The translations under genes were made by a program, and so were the position numbers. The notes beneath the pieces are model-generated. The model made no database searches. It was given only the letters and a program-made list of their open reading frames with translations, and was not told the origin of the DNA. From Toensbergia leucococca (taxonomy: Eukaryota), in contig JALDZS010000018.1 in the NCBI GenBank assembly GCA_022813965.1, forward strand, positions 124,001-188,000: a DNA stretch of 64,000 bases. The letters are read 5' to 3'. Shown piece after piece: positions 1 through 12,852 of the stretch (positions are counted from its first letter, which is position 1; each line of letters begins with the position of its first letter).

Positions 1-2004
1 ACAGGGAGGCATCGGCACGCAAGCCAATCAATCATCGTTTTGGCAACATGGTGTTTTGACGCATGTCCTCGACATAGCTTTTCATGATTCCATTGACATG
101 ACGATTAGGGCTGAGGTGAGCTCAATTTCTGCTCGATCGATCGTCCTCCAAAGTTGACAACAAACTCTGGCAGGCCTTGGTGACGTGCGCAGATCTTATA
201 CGTGGGAATAGTAGACTACAAGAGGGATTTGCACAGCGTAGCGTCGTCTCCATCCGGGAAATTGCGCCAGAATCACAAGTCAACGGGCATTCCCAGATCA
301 ATGCTCCGCCAAAAGTAAATGTGATACAAGGTTTACTTGATCTAGCGCTCACTTCGCTGCCAATTCATGCATTTGATGTTCGAATATCGGCCTTCGAGTG
401 CATCAAAGCTTACTTATACAACCATGCTCCAATACGCATGCATTTTCTACAGCACGCGATCGAAGGTCATACCAGTAGAGACGAGGTTGATAACATTCTC
501 ACTATTCTAATCGGAGACACTGAGGGCGGACATGGGGCTGATCCTTACCGTCCCTGGATAGCTTCTGTTATTCTTTTCCATCTGCTATATGAGAGCTTCG
601 ACGCTAAAAATCTTGCAATGAAAGTATCAGAAGGCGATGCCGAGAGTGGAGAGGAAGTAGTAACTTGTATACAGACGCTTTCGGGCAGTCTTATTTATGG
701 CATACGAAGAGGGATCGATGAGAGAATAGCGATTGGCTATCTCATGGTCTTGTGCGGATGGATGTATGAGGATCATGATGCCGTAAATGATTTTCTAGGA
801 GAAGGAAGCAGTGTGCAGAGTCTAGTACAGCTTCTCACGCAGAACAATCATCAACAAGTTCTTGTGCCCGGACTTTGTGCTTTTCTCCTCGGGATTGTAT
901 ATGAATTCTCGACAAGAGACTCTCCGATATCTCGGGCTACTCTTCATCAGATACTCACAACCCGTCTAGGCCGAGAACAGTACGTGGACAAGATCACCAA
1001 ACTTCGGGAGCATCCTATGGTACGTGATTTCGAGGTTTTGTCCCAACGTCTCGATTCGAGTCAAGCCGGTGGCCTTCCCGAGGTATACTTCGACAGGACT
1101 TTCGTAGACTTCTTGAAGGACAATTTTAGTCGCTTCACCCGCGCAATTGATCGCGCTCCTGGTATCGAAGTTCCTGTCATCGCGAACGGCATCCATAAGG
1201 GTATTTCGCGCGAGCTGGTCGATTCACTCGAGGCGCAAGTGGTTGATCGAACGCTGGCTGTCCAGAATTTCGAGTCGGATATTTTAACCCTCGAACGCAA
1301 ACTCGGACAAGAGCAGGCCGATCATCGAAAGGCAAAGGAGTCGGCCACGATCGAATTAAGTAGAATCAAGAGTGTAAATACTGCCCTTCAAAAGCATCAT
1401 GAAGAAGACCTGCAAAGAGTCCTGAAAGAAAATCAGCTCACTCGGAACGAGACGGAGAAGGCACACGACGCGATCGTGAAATCTCTCAAGGCTGAATTGC
1501 ATAAATTGAGAGAAGACGGTGAGACTGCTGCAGCAAGAATTCGGGCAAGAACTGAAGCGGAACATGACGACTTGCAAGCCACGATTCACAGACTTGAGAG
1601 CGAGCTCGAAAAGTCCAGCAAAGACCATGTTCAAGATTTAGAGACTGCCCACGAAGACTATTCGGGGAAGCTTTCTGCTTTGGAATCCCGAGTTCAACGA
1701 GCCGAGGACAAGGCAAAGGATGCCGATATGAGGGTTGACAGTGTGCGAGTAGCTTTGGATGAGAAGGAAAATGTGCGGAAGTTGGTGCAGGGAGAACTTG
1801 ATGATTTACTCATGGTGCTCGGGGACTTGGAGGAGAAGAGGGCTGGAGACAGAGTATGTTCCACTCACAACGACCCTTGTATGCTTGTCAGCTAATCGTC
1901 CATAGAAACGATTGAAAAGCCTTGGGGAACAAGTGTCTGACGGTGAAGATGAAGACGAAGATGATGATGGCGGCGGATTTAAAGAGTCGGCCGATCTAGA
2001 TTAA
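1..2004 (+). CDS. USO1: Uso1/p115 ER-Golgi vesicle tethering protein, 3' part (5' end lies outside the window)
   Basis: ORF 177-1895 has Uso1 head-domain motifs (AVNDFLGEGSSVQSL, GLCAFLLGIVYEFS, LPEVYFDRTFVDFLKDN) followed by a coiled coil. GT-AG introns at 116-173 and 1854-1905. The last exon encodes the acidic tail KRLKSLGEQVSDGEDEDEDDD, with TAA at 2002-2004. Confidence 0.88.
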
Positions 2005-2135
2005 TGGATGTTCACGTAAATACTTGTAGTATAGATATACAATCCATCAATTTCGTAAACACAAATTGGTATCGTACAGCACCTTTAGTAGTCATGTCTG
2101 CACTAAAGCTTACTTTGTACACTTCAGAGGATTTG

Positions 2136-2144
2136 ATGAGTCAC
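2136..2144 (+). promoter_or_regulatory. Gcn4/CpcA (cross-pathway control) response element ATGAGTCAC
   Basis: TGAGTCA core about 120 bp upstream of the IleRS ATG. Aminoacyl-tRNA synthetases are established Gcn4/CpcA targets. Confidence 0.5.
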
Positions 2145-2263
2145 AAAAGTTGTGTGAGCTTGAATGTTTGAAGGTTTAAATTTTTACTCTGCCTTTCTTC
2201 GCCAGAACTCGACGGCGCACACGACCACAAAGAAATATATGACTACGATTGGTTGCTCGCAAC

Positions 2264-5200
2264 ATGTCTATCGACTTCCCCAAAGAAGAGGAGGCAGTAT
2301 TGAAGCGGTGGAAGGAGATCAAGGCATTTGAGAGACAGGTCGAATTGTCTCAAGGCCGTAAACCATACACCTTCTACGACGGGCCTCCATTCGCAACAGG
2401 CCTGCCACATTATGGTCATCTACTCACCTCTACTATCAAAGATATCATTCCTAGGTATTGGTCGATGAAAGGATACTACGTGCAGCGTCGCTTTGGCTGG
2501 GACACGCATGGACTTCCCATTGAATATGAAATCGACAAGAAGCTGGGCCTTTCTGGTAAAACCGCCGTTATGGAGATGGGCTTGGCAAAATACAATGCAG
2601 AGTGCCGGGCTATAGTGATGCGCTTTGCAAAGGAGTGGAGAGAGACCATTGATCGCCTTGGCCGTTGGATCGACTTCGACAATGACTACAAGGTAAGGAG
2701 GCCTTTAGCAAGCCTGTGCTGTCTCAACAGTCCTAATGATTCGCAACTCGATTAGACAATGGACCCAAGCTTCATGGAGTCAGTCTGGTGGGTGTTCAAG
2801 CAGCTTTTCGAGAAAGATTCGGTATACCGAGGATACAGAGTCATGCCCTATTCCACAGCCCTCAACACTCCACTCAGCAATTTTGAAGCTCAGCAAAATT
2901 ACAAAGATACCCAAGACCCCGCTGTCGTTGTGACCTTTCCCCTACTTCGAGATCCTCAGACATGTCTCCTGGCATGGACCACCACGCCGTGGACCTTGCC
3001 ATCAAATATTGCCCTTGCTGCCCACCCAGACTTCGAGTATGTCAAGATCGCTGATGAGTTGTCAGGCAAGAACTATATCCTGTTAGAGTCCCTCATGAAG
3101 ACATTATACAAGGACCCCAAAAAGGCTAAATACAAAGTTGTGGATCGCTTCAAGGGAAAAGATATACTTGGCTGGCAGTATGAGCCTTTGTTTGACTATT
3201 TCTACGATGACTTCAAAGATTATGGCTTCCGGGTACTGAATGCCACTTATGTTACCTCGGAGAGTGGTGTTGGTATAGTGCATCAGTCACCTGCTTTTGG
3301 CGAAGAAGATTACAATGTCGCCTTTCAAGCAGGGGTCATCACCGACAAACGATTACCACCAAATCCCGTGGATGAAATGGGTTGTTTCACCTCAGAAGCT
3401 CGAGATTTCACTGGTCAACACGTTAAGGCTGCAGACAAGCCGATCATCAAATACTTGAAGGGTACAGGTCGTTTGATTGTTGATGCTCAGATCACCCACA
3501 GCTATCCATTCTGTTGGCGATCAGATACGCCTCTTATCTACAAGGCTGTGCCTGCCTGGTTCGTCAAAATCCCGCAGATAATCCCCTCGATGCTCGACAG
3601 TATTGAGAAATCTCACTGGGTACCATCTTTTGTAAAGGAAAAGCGATTCGCGAACTGGATCGCCAATGCCAGAGACTGGAATGTATCAAGAAACCGATAC
3701 TGGGGCACTCCAATACCCATTTGGGCAAGTCAGGACCTCAAAGAGGTTGTCTGTGTAGGAAGCATCAAGGAGCTCAAGGAATTAAGTGGCTTCCAAGGCG
3801 ATCTGTCGGACATTCATCGAGACAAAGTAGACAACATCACAATACCCAGCAAGCAGGGCAAGGGCGAGCTTCGTCGTATAGAAGAGGTGTTCGATTGCTG
3901 GTTCGAATCAGGAAGTATGCCCTATGGTTCATCGCACTATCCCTTTGAAAACGCGGAAGCCTTCAAGGCTTCGTTTCCGGGTGACTTTATCGCAGAAGGC
4001 TTAGACCAGACTCGAGGATGGTTCTACACTATGACGGTTCTCGGAACTCATCTCTTTGGCTGCCTACCCTTCAAAAATTGTATCGTTAATGGTATGGTTC
4101 TTGCTGAGGACGGAAAGAAGATGTCCAAGCGGCTCCAAAATTATCCAGACCCAGCTCTTATCATGCAGAAGTATGGCTCGGACGCTCTTCGACTGTACCT
4201 CATCAACTCTCCGGTGGTTCGCGCTGAGACTCTTCGATTCAAGGAGTCTGGCGTTAAGGAAATTGTTGCAAAGGTACTACTTCCTCTGTGGAATAGCTAC
4301 AAATTCTTTCGTGATCAGGTTTTACTTCTCAAAAAGGTGGAAGACGTCGAATTCATGTTCAATCCAATGGCCGAAACCAGTAATACCAACGTGATGGATC
4401 GTTGGATCCTCGCAAGCTGTCAAAGCCTGCTCAAATTTATGAACGAGGAAATGACGGCTTATCGACTGTATACTGTGGTACCCAAGTTACTTGGCCTCAT
4501 AGACAATACTACGAATTGGTACATCCGTTTCAATAGGCGGCGCTTAAAGGGTGAGTTTGGAATCGATGATACACAGCATGCACTCAACACATTGTTTGAA
4601 GTGCTCTACACTTTGACACGCGGCCTTGCGCCATTCACTCCGTTTCTTACTGATAACATATACTTGCGTCTCCTTCCCCATATACCCACATCCCTGCAAA
4701 GCGAGGATCCAAGAAGCGTGCATTTTCTTCCATTTCCCGAGGTCCGCGAAGAGCTTTTTGACGAAGCCATAGAGAGACGGGTGGGGCGAATGCAACGAGT
4801 CATTGAGCTGGGGCGAGTTTCGCGAGAACGAAGGACGATTGGTCTGAAGCAGCCATTGAAGACGCTGATCGTCATACATCCTGAGAAGACGTATCTCGAC
4901 GACTTGCGTTCACTCGAAAGCGAAATATGTGAGGAACTCAATATCCATGAGCTTCTTCTGTCATCCGATGAAGAGAAATACAATGTACAATATAGTGTAA
5001 CGGCTGACTGGCCAAGTCTGGGCAAGAAATTGAAGAAGGATGGTCAGAAGGTGAAAAAGGCGCTACCTAGCCTCAGTAGCGATAACATTCGTAGCTTCAT
5101 GCGAAGCAAAACAATAACAGTCGAAGGGATCGAGCTAGGAGAAGAAGATTTGATTGTGAAACGAGGGTTGGCTGAAGACGAGGCAATGAAGACGTTGGAA

Positions 5201-5566
5201 ACTAACACGGACAACGATGTCCTTACCATCCTAGATACTACGCTTCACCCTGGCCTGGCAATGGAAGGCCTGGCACGGGAAATTGTCAATAGAGTACAAC
5301 AGCTCCGAAAAAAAGCGAAGTTAGTCCCGACAGACGATGTCAAGATGGAGTACAAAGTTCTGAGTGATCCTGAGAAGGTCGGAATCGAAGAAGTGTTTGA
5401 GAAACATGGAAAGGCCTTTGAAAAGGCATTGCGGCGTCCTTTAGATAAGCACGTCGTAACAGCGTTTGAAGGCAAGATTCCAAACGGTGATGTTGATGTT
5501 GTCATTGCCGAAGAAGAGCAAGAAGTCCAAAAGGCAACATTCTTGCTCAGGCTAGTGAAGCTCTAG
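2264..5566 (+). CDS. ILS1: Cytosolic isoleucyl-tRNA synthetase
   Basis: GPPFATGLPHYGH (HIGH-like), WTTTPWTLP editing motif, KMSKR. One GT-AG intron at 2693-2755. Confidence 0.97.
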
Positions 5567-5745
5567 AGAGGGTGGTCAATCGGAAGGTATCCGATGGCAA
5601 TGTACACTTCATGAGCATGACGAGAGACTTTTTTCCAGAAGCTATGTCTTATTCAGCGTTGGGCATAATCAACATGATTGAACACACCTTGAGATCATCC
5701 AAAGCCCAAACCAATCGTGAAGTGTGTGATCAAGATAGTCACACT

Positions 5746-6037
5746 TCATTTCCGTTTTGCGGCAGCCTCGATTCAAGATCAGTACATAGATCGCAGGCGC
5801 TGCAACTTGGACGTACAAGGTAGCAGTCTTTGAGCCTGAGGAATTCAGTGAGGCACTTGTCCTTGTGCACGGAGTTGTAGTCGGCTGCTATACATTTTCC
5901 GTACAGTGATGCCTACGATCTCGTTGTTAACGAATGGTTTCGAGGTGGGTTCTGGGTATTGGAGGATTAGTTACTTCGGTGGAGCATTTGGCTACTGCTT
6001 GGGCGAACTTCTCGATGGGTCTTATTTTGTTCGCCAT
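5746..6037 (-). CDS. Small twin-CX9C mitochondrial protein, NDUFAF8-like complex I assembly factor (59 aa, 3 exons)
   Basis: Exons 6037-5975, 5912-5817 and 5766-5746 give MANKIRPIEKFAQAVAKCSTEASLYGKCIAADYNSVHKDKCLTEFLRLKDCYLAAAKRK*, with two exact CX9C motifs. The last acceptor is an uncommon GAG. Confidence 0.8.
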
Positions 6038-6464
6038 GGTGGTTTATAGACGGTTTGGGGTGTTTTGTGGGATTTTGTTTCTGTAGATATCTCTCCAAAA
6101 GCTTACTCAATACTTCCCTAGGTACCTTACTCACTAGATGTTTTCCTGGTGTCGTCAACAGTCTCCTCAATCACTCAGCCCTAGCGCCTAAATCAACCTT
6201 GCCGCTTGGGCACTAGTGCATATTCTAACATTTGCTGTCGGCCCGCAGAAACAAAACTGCGACGCGCAACTTCTCCGAGTCAAGAATGCCGAGTATCAAC
6301 AATCAATACCTCTACCTCTTATTGGCTTGCATTGCATTGGACAGCAATAGTCTTACACAGTATTATGCCTTGTATCGCTGCTTGCTTTCCCTTCTTCAAA
6401 CCCCTTGAAAGCTCGGAATCACCTTCATGCCTTCCGAAACACGTCCTAGGCGGAACTCCTGTCG

Positions 6465-9400
6465 ATGCCTCCATCGTCTCCGCCATCTGAACACAACGTC
6501 AATGAAAGCTATTCCGAACTCACCAATCAAGGCGCGCCTCCTAACTCCTCTTGAAGATGCTCTACTAATAGTCTCTAACCAGATGTCGAGATCCTACATC
6601 AAATTATCGTCTCCGCCCAGCAGTCTCCGAACTTCGAGAAATTACCCTTCCGCGCTGTCTTCGCCGCGTATGACGCGGTACTTGCGCAGAATCATCTGGA
6701 CCCGGATCATGACCAGATCTATTTGCGCTTTCTATTCAAATTGGGCGACAAAAGACGGCCAGGTCAGACTTTGTACGAGGCATTCGAGGCACTCCTTGAG
6801 CAATTTGGAATTCGCCTTGAATTCGATGATCGCAATGATGGAATCCAAGAAGTCACAAGAAGTCTCGGTCCCGATCTCAGCGCCGAAGGCAGCATTATCG
6901 CGCAATCAGCAATTGGTAGCGGCTCAATCGGTCCCTCAAGACGAGCTTCGTTCACTTCTATGTACGACGTGGGGAATCAAAATACTAGGGCAAGTGGAAG
7001 ACGCGCTGAGTCGCGAGCCTCGGATTCGCAACTTCAGACGCGCTACATGTCTGTCGCCCAGGATAGGCCGTCGACCAGAGCCACCACAAGGCCAACAGAG
7101 AAGATCCACTTGCAGCCTTTGTCTCAAGGATCGAAAGATGCTCAGCCTAGGCGGGGGAGGCTAAAAAACCAGGGATCAGATAGCAATCTTCAGCGATTTC
7201 AAAGAAATTCCCAATCTGGCTCAAGCAAGGATCCTCGGTATGCGTTTTCTCCCAAGCCGCTGAGTCCTGGAGGAAGTCAAGCTTTTGTCGCTGGTTCGAG
7301 AAATGGTTCATCTCCATTTATGCCTGCCAGAGTCCCGGATGAAGATAAATTCTTGGTCGGGGCAACTCGTGAGACTCAGCATCCGTTTGTTGTTGATTCA
7401 CACGAGCTCCTGTACCGTCCATCGGACACCCAATTACTACGAGACGCACATACGTTTCACCATTTTAGAATCAGATCAGTTGCTGATAATGCTATCAAGA
7501 AATGGGTTCTTGCTGCTGTCAGAGCACGAAGAGATCATTATGATATGGAGATGTTGGCTATTGAACATGATACAAAGATACTTTGCCGTCAAGCTTTTGA
7601 CCACTGGCGTTCAAGACTCGTTGCTAAAGTGCAAGCATTAGAGACAGAACGCTTTTTCGAGCGTTTGGAGCTGCGAGCTGGTAAGGCTCGAGATCTTCAT
7701 CTTTTGACCAAGGCATTCACGCATTGGGCGCAATGTGCACAAGATGAGGTGTTGTACACGTCTAATGCCAGACGACATATTCTAAACACCAAGTATTTCA
7801 ACGCTTGGCGCGAGATTACCGCAGTAAATAATCTCAAGGTTCGCCGTCAAGTATTACGAAAATTCTTCGGCATCTGGAAGGGGAATTATGTACGAAGCTT
7901 GAGTGGAGATGTCAAAGCAATTTCGGTATATCACGAGAATCTCGCCAGAACTGTCTATTGGCGCTGGTTCTGGGCATTCTGCGAAAGACGCGCTCCGGAA
8001 TGGAGAGCTGGGAAATTGAAGAGCAGACATTTGGCTCAATGGGTTATCACTCTACGGCAGAACTTGCGACGAAAAGATTATTCTAGGCAGTACCACGCTG
8101 AAAAGAGTAAAAGGGAGGTATTCAAGCCTTGGCTTGAGAGGACTCGGATTATTCTATCTGACTCGCGTCAAGCAACATTATACCAACAAAGGAGTCTTGC
8201 TACTCAATGCACATCAGCATGGCGATTATGGTTACGTCATGCCCCCATTGCGCGCCAAATCTCGAATATGGTCGACTGGAGGGTAGCTTGCGAAACCTTT
8301 GGTATTCTGGTCGCCAGGCACAGAGTCGAAAAACAGGCTGAAGATCTGAACCGCTTGAGAATCGTAAGGAACGCATGGACCCACTGGAATGATCGACTAC
8401 GCTGGGAGACTCTGGCTAATCAGATTAATGATCGTGTACTGCTAGAAGCCCTATACAGGTGGGTACTTGCAGAAAGAGTTATGCTTCTACGCCGGCTCCA
8501 CGACCAGCGGTTGAAGCAGAGGTGTTTTGCAATATTGGTTGGCTGCTCGACCACTATGCAGAGACAGCGCGCCAACAACCTGGCAGTCACTGAAACGAAC
8601 AGGAACCGTAGATCCGCAAGCTCGATCATAAGATGCTGGAAATACAAGATGCAGTTGCAGCGCCAACACAAAGAAATGGCTCTTGAATTCCAAGCGCCTC
8701 GAATTGCTCATGAGGCTTTAGATCTTTGGAGAACCAGATATGTACACTCGCAGAAACTTGCTGGATGGGCTAGAGACGCCGACTTCTTTTTCCTTGCAAC
8801 CAGGACTTTGAAGCGGTGGAAAGCGGCGATTGTGGAGGCCAAACGTCAGAAGCGTCGGGATGCATATATACAGATCAGGCGAAGGACCAAGATGGCGCTA
8901 GCTCGAAGTGTCATTCGGAGATGGCGGGATGCCTCGATTCAAATACTGAGTATGCAGCAAAAAGCATACGATCTAGACCTTGGCCGCTGCCTTGACTTTG
9001 GCTCCACGCTATTCGATCACTGGAGGAGTCGCTCCGAGTTTACGCGAGTTCGACACTACGAGACAGAGAACATTTACGAGGGAGAGATTGCTCGCAAATG
9101 GATGCAGACCTGGAAAGGACGTGCCAGCCATCATTGGCAAATGGAAGAACAGGCGCGCTTAAACTCGGACGGACATGTCGCAAACCTTGCCTCAGGCTTA
9201 CTTCGCAAGTTACGTCTCAGGATACTAGAGGTCAGAGGGCGCGAGCGAGGCCGGAACGAGATTGCGGAATCCTTCAAGCAGTGGAACAAAAGACGGCATT
9301 TGCAGCGCGTGCTGAGACACTGGCACCTCCAAACCGCCAGCAGGCTCGGTCAAATAAATGTGGATGTTAGTCCGTCATCAAAAGGACGACGTCTGGGCCT

Positions 9401-9752
9401 AGCGGCTGACGCAGGCGATCAGGACGGACTCACACAGCGCGCAGAAGACTGGACGGCCTTTGACGAGGGATTCGATATCGGCGAGTGGATGCCCGCGCAG
9501 GAGGCACAGTCAAATACCACTCCACTGCCCGGGTACTTGAACACTCCGTCCAAGAGGGCGGCCCGGGCGAGAGCGTTGGTGCAGGCGTCGACGACTCCGG
9601 CTACGCCTGTCGGAACACCACTCCAGCGCCGGTTGTGGTCTCAGATGCGAACGACGCGGCGGGGCGAGATTGGAAGGGCTTCTGTGGGCTTTTTGGGTCG
9701 CGGCGGGATTGGGGATGTGGCGGAGGAGTCGCCGAGGACGCCTGGTGTGTGA
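6465..9752 (+). CDS. SFI1: Sfi1-like spindle pole body half-bridge (centrin-binding) protein
   Basis: Many ~23-aa repeats ending in F/L-x-x-W-R/K across the 1009-aa ORF. The N-terminus (LPFRAVFAAYDAVL...DPDHDQIYLRFLFKL) is joined to ATG 6465 through a GC-AG intron at 6532-6582. Confidence 0.85.
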
Positions 9753-10271
9753 GAAGGGGACGTTTTTGGGATTCTTTTGGAGTAGGTTTCTTGGGTGTTT
9801 ACTTAGCGGCATTGGATTGGGTGTATGAGATGATTCTATGATATTTTTTATCTTTGGCGGAGGAGGAGCACTTGACTGTGTTTCTCTTCTATTGGGCAGG
9901 CTTTTAATGGTGGGAAGTATATTTAGCAAGCGTCTTCGCCGGTTCTTTGGTACATTCAGGCGACAAGCACATCCTTTGAAGAAACTAAAGCATTGGTTTT
10001 CTAGGTTTTTGGGTATTACGGAGTACCTCACGACTTATGAGAGAGCCTTCTCAGATATTCAGAATATGACATCTAATATTGATTGATACCTGATACACCG
10101 AACACGCATTCTCTTTGAAAGTGTCAAGTGTCTTAGTGTGAATAGTGCGGAGTAGGCCTCTTTCCACAGACGTATCAGTAAACTGAAGACACATAACATG
10201 TTCTGAAGACACGAGTGATATACATGATTTCAATGTTTATATATTGTAACTCGTCCTCTCATTCCATGGCA

Positions 10272-10422
10272 AGTGAGTTGGCGTAATGGTTAACATGTGA
10301 GCCTGTTTCTGCGCACTCTGCGATCTGGGGGATCACCTGGAGCTATTGAATGTAGTTCTTCTTATCTTGTTTTGGTCCAGAGTTCGAGTCTGAGTCTAAG
10401 CACGGTGTTGGTTTTGGTTTTT
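10272..10422 (+). pseudogene. Degenerate tRNA-like / Pol III element (tRNA pseudogene or tRNA-derived SINE head)
   Basis: A-box TGGCGTAATGG at 10279-10289, B-box GTTCGAGTC at 10382-10390 and downstream T runs. The stems do not pair properly. Confidence 0.35.
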
Positions 10423-11644
10423 GACCTCGATTTTGATTGATGCTTTCGCGCCTCGCTCGCTTAGAAGCACATCTACTAGTGGAACAGCCCTACAGCACTG
10501 TAGGGTTGAAGTCGCTACATCTTCTCATTTTTGTACCGACACACGAGGCCTTATATTTAGCCATGATAATCAGAATAGGCACACCAGGCAACTCTAATTG
10601 TTCTCTTGCCTGAGTTGTGTAATTTCTGTGACCTAATTATATACTGACCTAGGGTGATTCACCAGTTGAAACGTTTCCGTTTCTTAATCTACTATATCCC
10701 AAGTATAGCAGCCACCATGCCATGACTTGGCAGTGCAACACCTACTCAACAAGCACTCATATCGGCACTCGGCATCTAAATCATCGGTGCGACAGATAAG
10801 AAAGTCAATCGGCTTGTTGGAACGATTCAGTAGGCGAGATATCACGGAAACCACGGACATACTGTGCTTGCCTCATCCTTGGCGTCAAACTCAACTTCTA
10901 CAGCCTCCAGCATTCATTGTCCATACCGTAGTGAGTTTCAGTAGGTCGAGATGTAGATCTTTCAGCCTACTACTACAGACACCGTCTACCATTTCCATTT
11001 TCTTTGAAACATTTGCATAACAATGCAGTCTAAAAATAATTCCGACGAAATCCTTCTCCTATTCCATCACCATTCACATTGCTTTGCCATCTTCAATACG
11101 ATTACTGTTCCTTTCCTTGTCTTCTCTAGGCTCAATCGTCTACTGTCTATGGATAAAGCTACTTGACCAATCCTTTTCTATTCATCGTGCCTGTTGTCGT
11201 TTCATCAGGTCATCGAGACATGCCTACCTCCTTACTAGTTCCCCTCAGTTGCATGACCTCAATATATATTGCTGTTATAATAACATGACCTTATCCTTGA
11301 CACTGATGGAAAAGCACCCACATCGTCGGGGTGTTGCAAGCTAAGCTACTTGTTGAGGAAGGTACTTACTGAAAGTATTGAAATATGTATTGTGTTCTTT
11401 TGAGCAATCCTTTGGCTCACAACATAACCATGTCCCAACCAGAGATCAAAACCATTATGCTCTCTGTTCACTGGACTGGACGTCTGTTGGGTCCCCTCCA
11501 AGAAATCTACGTGGCAGGTGTCTCACAGCATGTGTTTTCCATATTCGCCCCTTTGCCCTTGAGCTTCTCTCAAACCTCACCATTTCAGTGCACCTCTATC
11601 CGGGTACTACTCGTAGTCTTCCAGCTATATCGCTTGGGTTCAAC

Positions 11645-12852
11645 ATGCTCCCGCTCTTCAAAGCCTTGGTAGTCGTCTTTATTGTTCTCACTTTCCTTCT
11701 GCTGCAAGCAGACAACATCAGAGATGCTGTACCATCTGTTAAGAACATGCATATGAGATATACGACCCATCCAAATCCTGTAACGAATAGTACCCTCGGG
11801 GTAAGTATTGTGAACGGTTGTCTACTCTTGAATTCTATAGCTAATACAAAATCAATAGTTCCAACAGATATTCGCCCTTTCCCTCCCAGAACGAGCCGAC
11901 AGAAGAATACCACTCATCAATGCTGCAAAGGCGACAAATATTTCCTTTACGAGCCTTGACGCAGTACGAGACAAAGAGATTCCGAAAGATGAATGGCCTA
12001 AGGTACATACTTAATGGGGAGTAATTGACTATAGAGTATCATTGACGTCGTCAGGGCTGGAATTCTGACAACGAACACAAGGAAGGAGAATTAGGCTGCC
12101 TGATCTCCCACAAGAGAACTTGGGAGAAGCATGCCTCTCCCTCCCTAACAGCTTACAAACATCACTAACCGCCCCGCAGAATCATCTCCCAAAACATCAC
12201 CACAGCCCTAATTCTCGAAAGTGACGCTGACTGGGACCTCCGCATCAAAACCACACTCATAGAAGTCGCAAAAGGCACAACCCAAATAGCAGACTATCCC
12301 TTCACCTCCTCCCCCTCCACTCCATCTGCCTCTTCCTCCTCCCCCTACGGGCTCAATTGGGATATCCTCTGGATCGGCAACTGCGGCCTCACCCTCCCCC
12401 CCTCCCACGCCCGCATCTATCATTTCTACGACCCTTCCGTCCCCCCGGCAAAAAACATCTTCCACTTCCGCCCCCTCCCCACAACTCACCAACTTCCCCC
12501 CGACACGCGCCTCGTCTCAGAATTCACAGACACCGTCTGCACCTACTCGTACGCCATCAGCCACGCCGGCGCGATCAAAATGCACCGGTATTTTGAGGAA
12601 ATCAATGACCCGATTGATAACGCCATGGCGCATTTGTGTCGGGATCGGGGGGAGCTGGTGTGTGTGGGTGTTTGGCCGAATGTAGTTGCCAGTACGGCGT
12701 CGGTGGGAAACATTGCTCATCCTGGTGGGAGCGGTAAGGAGAGGGAAAATGGAACGGTGATGGCGGGGAGAGGGATACAGTTTTCTGCGAGGGTGAATGC
12801 GGGGGCGGTGGGGAGGGGGTTGGGGAGGGAGGAGTGGGTTGCTGAATGGTGA
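11645..12852 (+). CDS. Glycosyltransferase family 25-like (LPS/procollagen galactosyltransferase-like) type II membrane protein
   Basis: Exons 11645-11800, 11859-12002, 12055-12128 and 12180-12852. N-terminal TM anchor, NSTLGFQQIFALSLPERADRR, GCLISH, ALILESDADWD, PYGLNWDILWIGNC. Confidence 0.82.
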
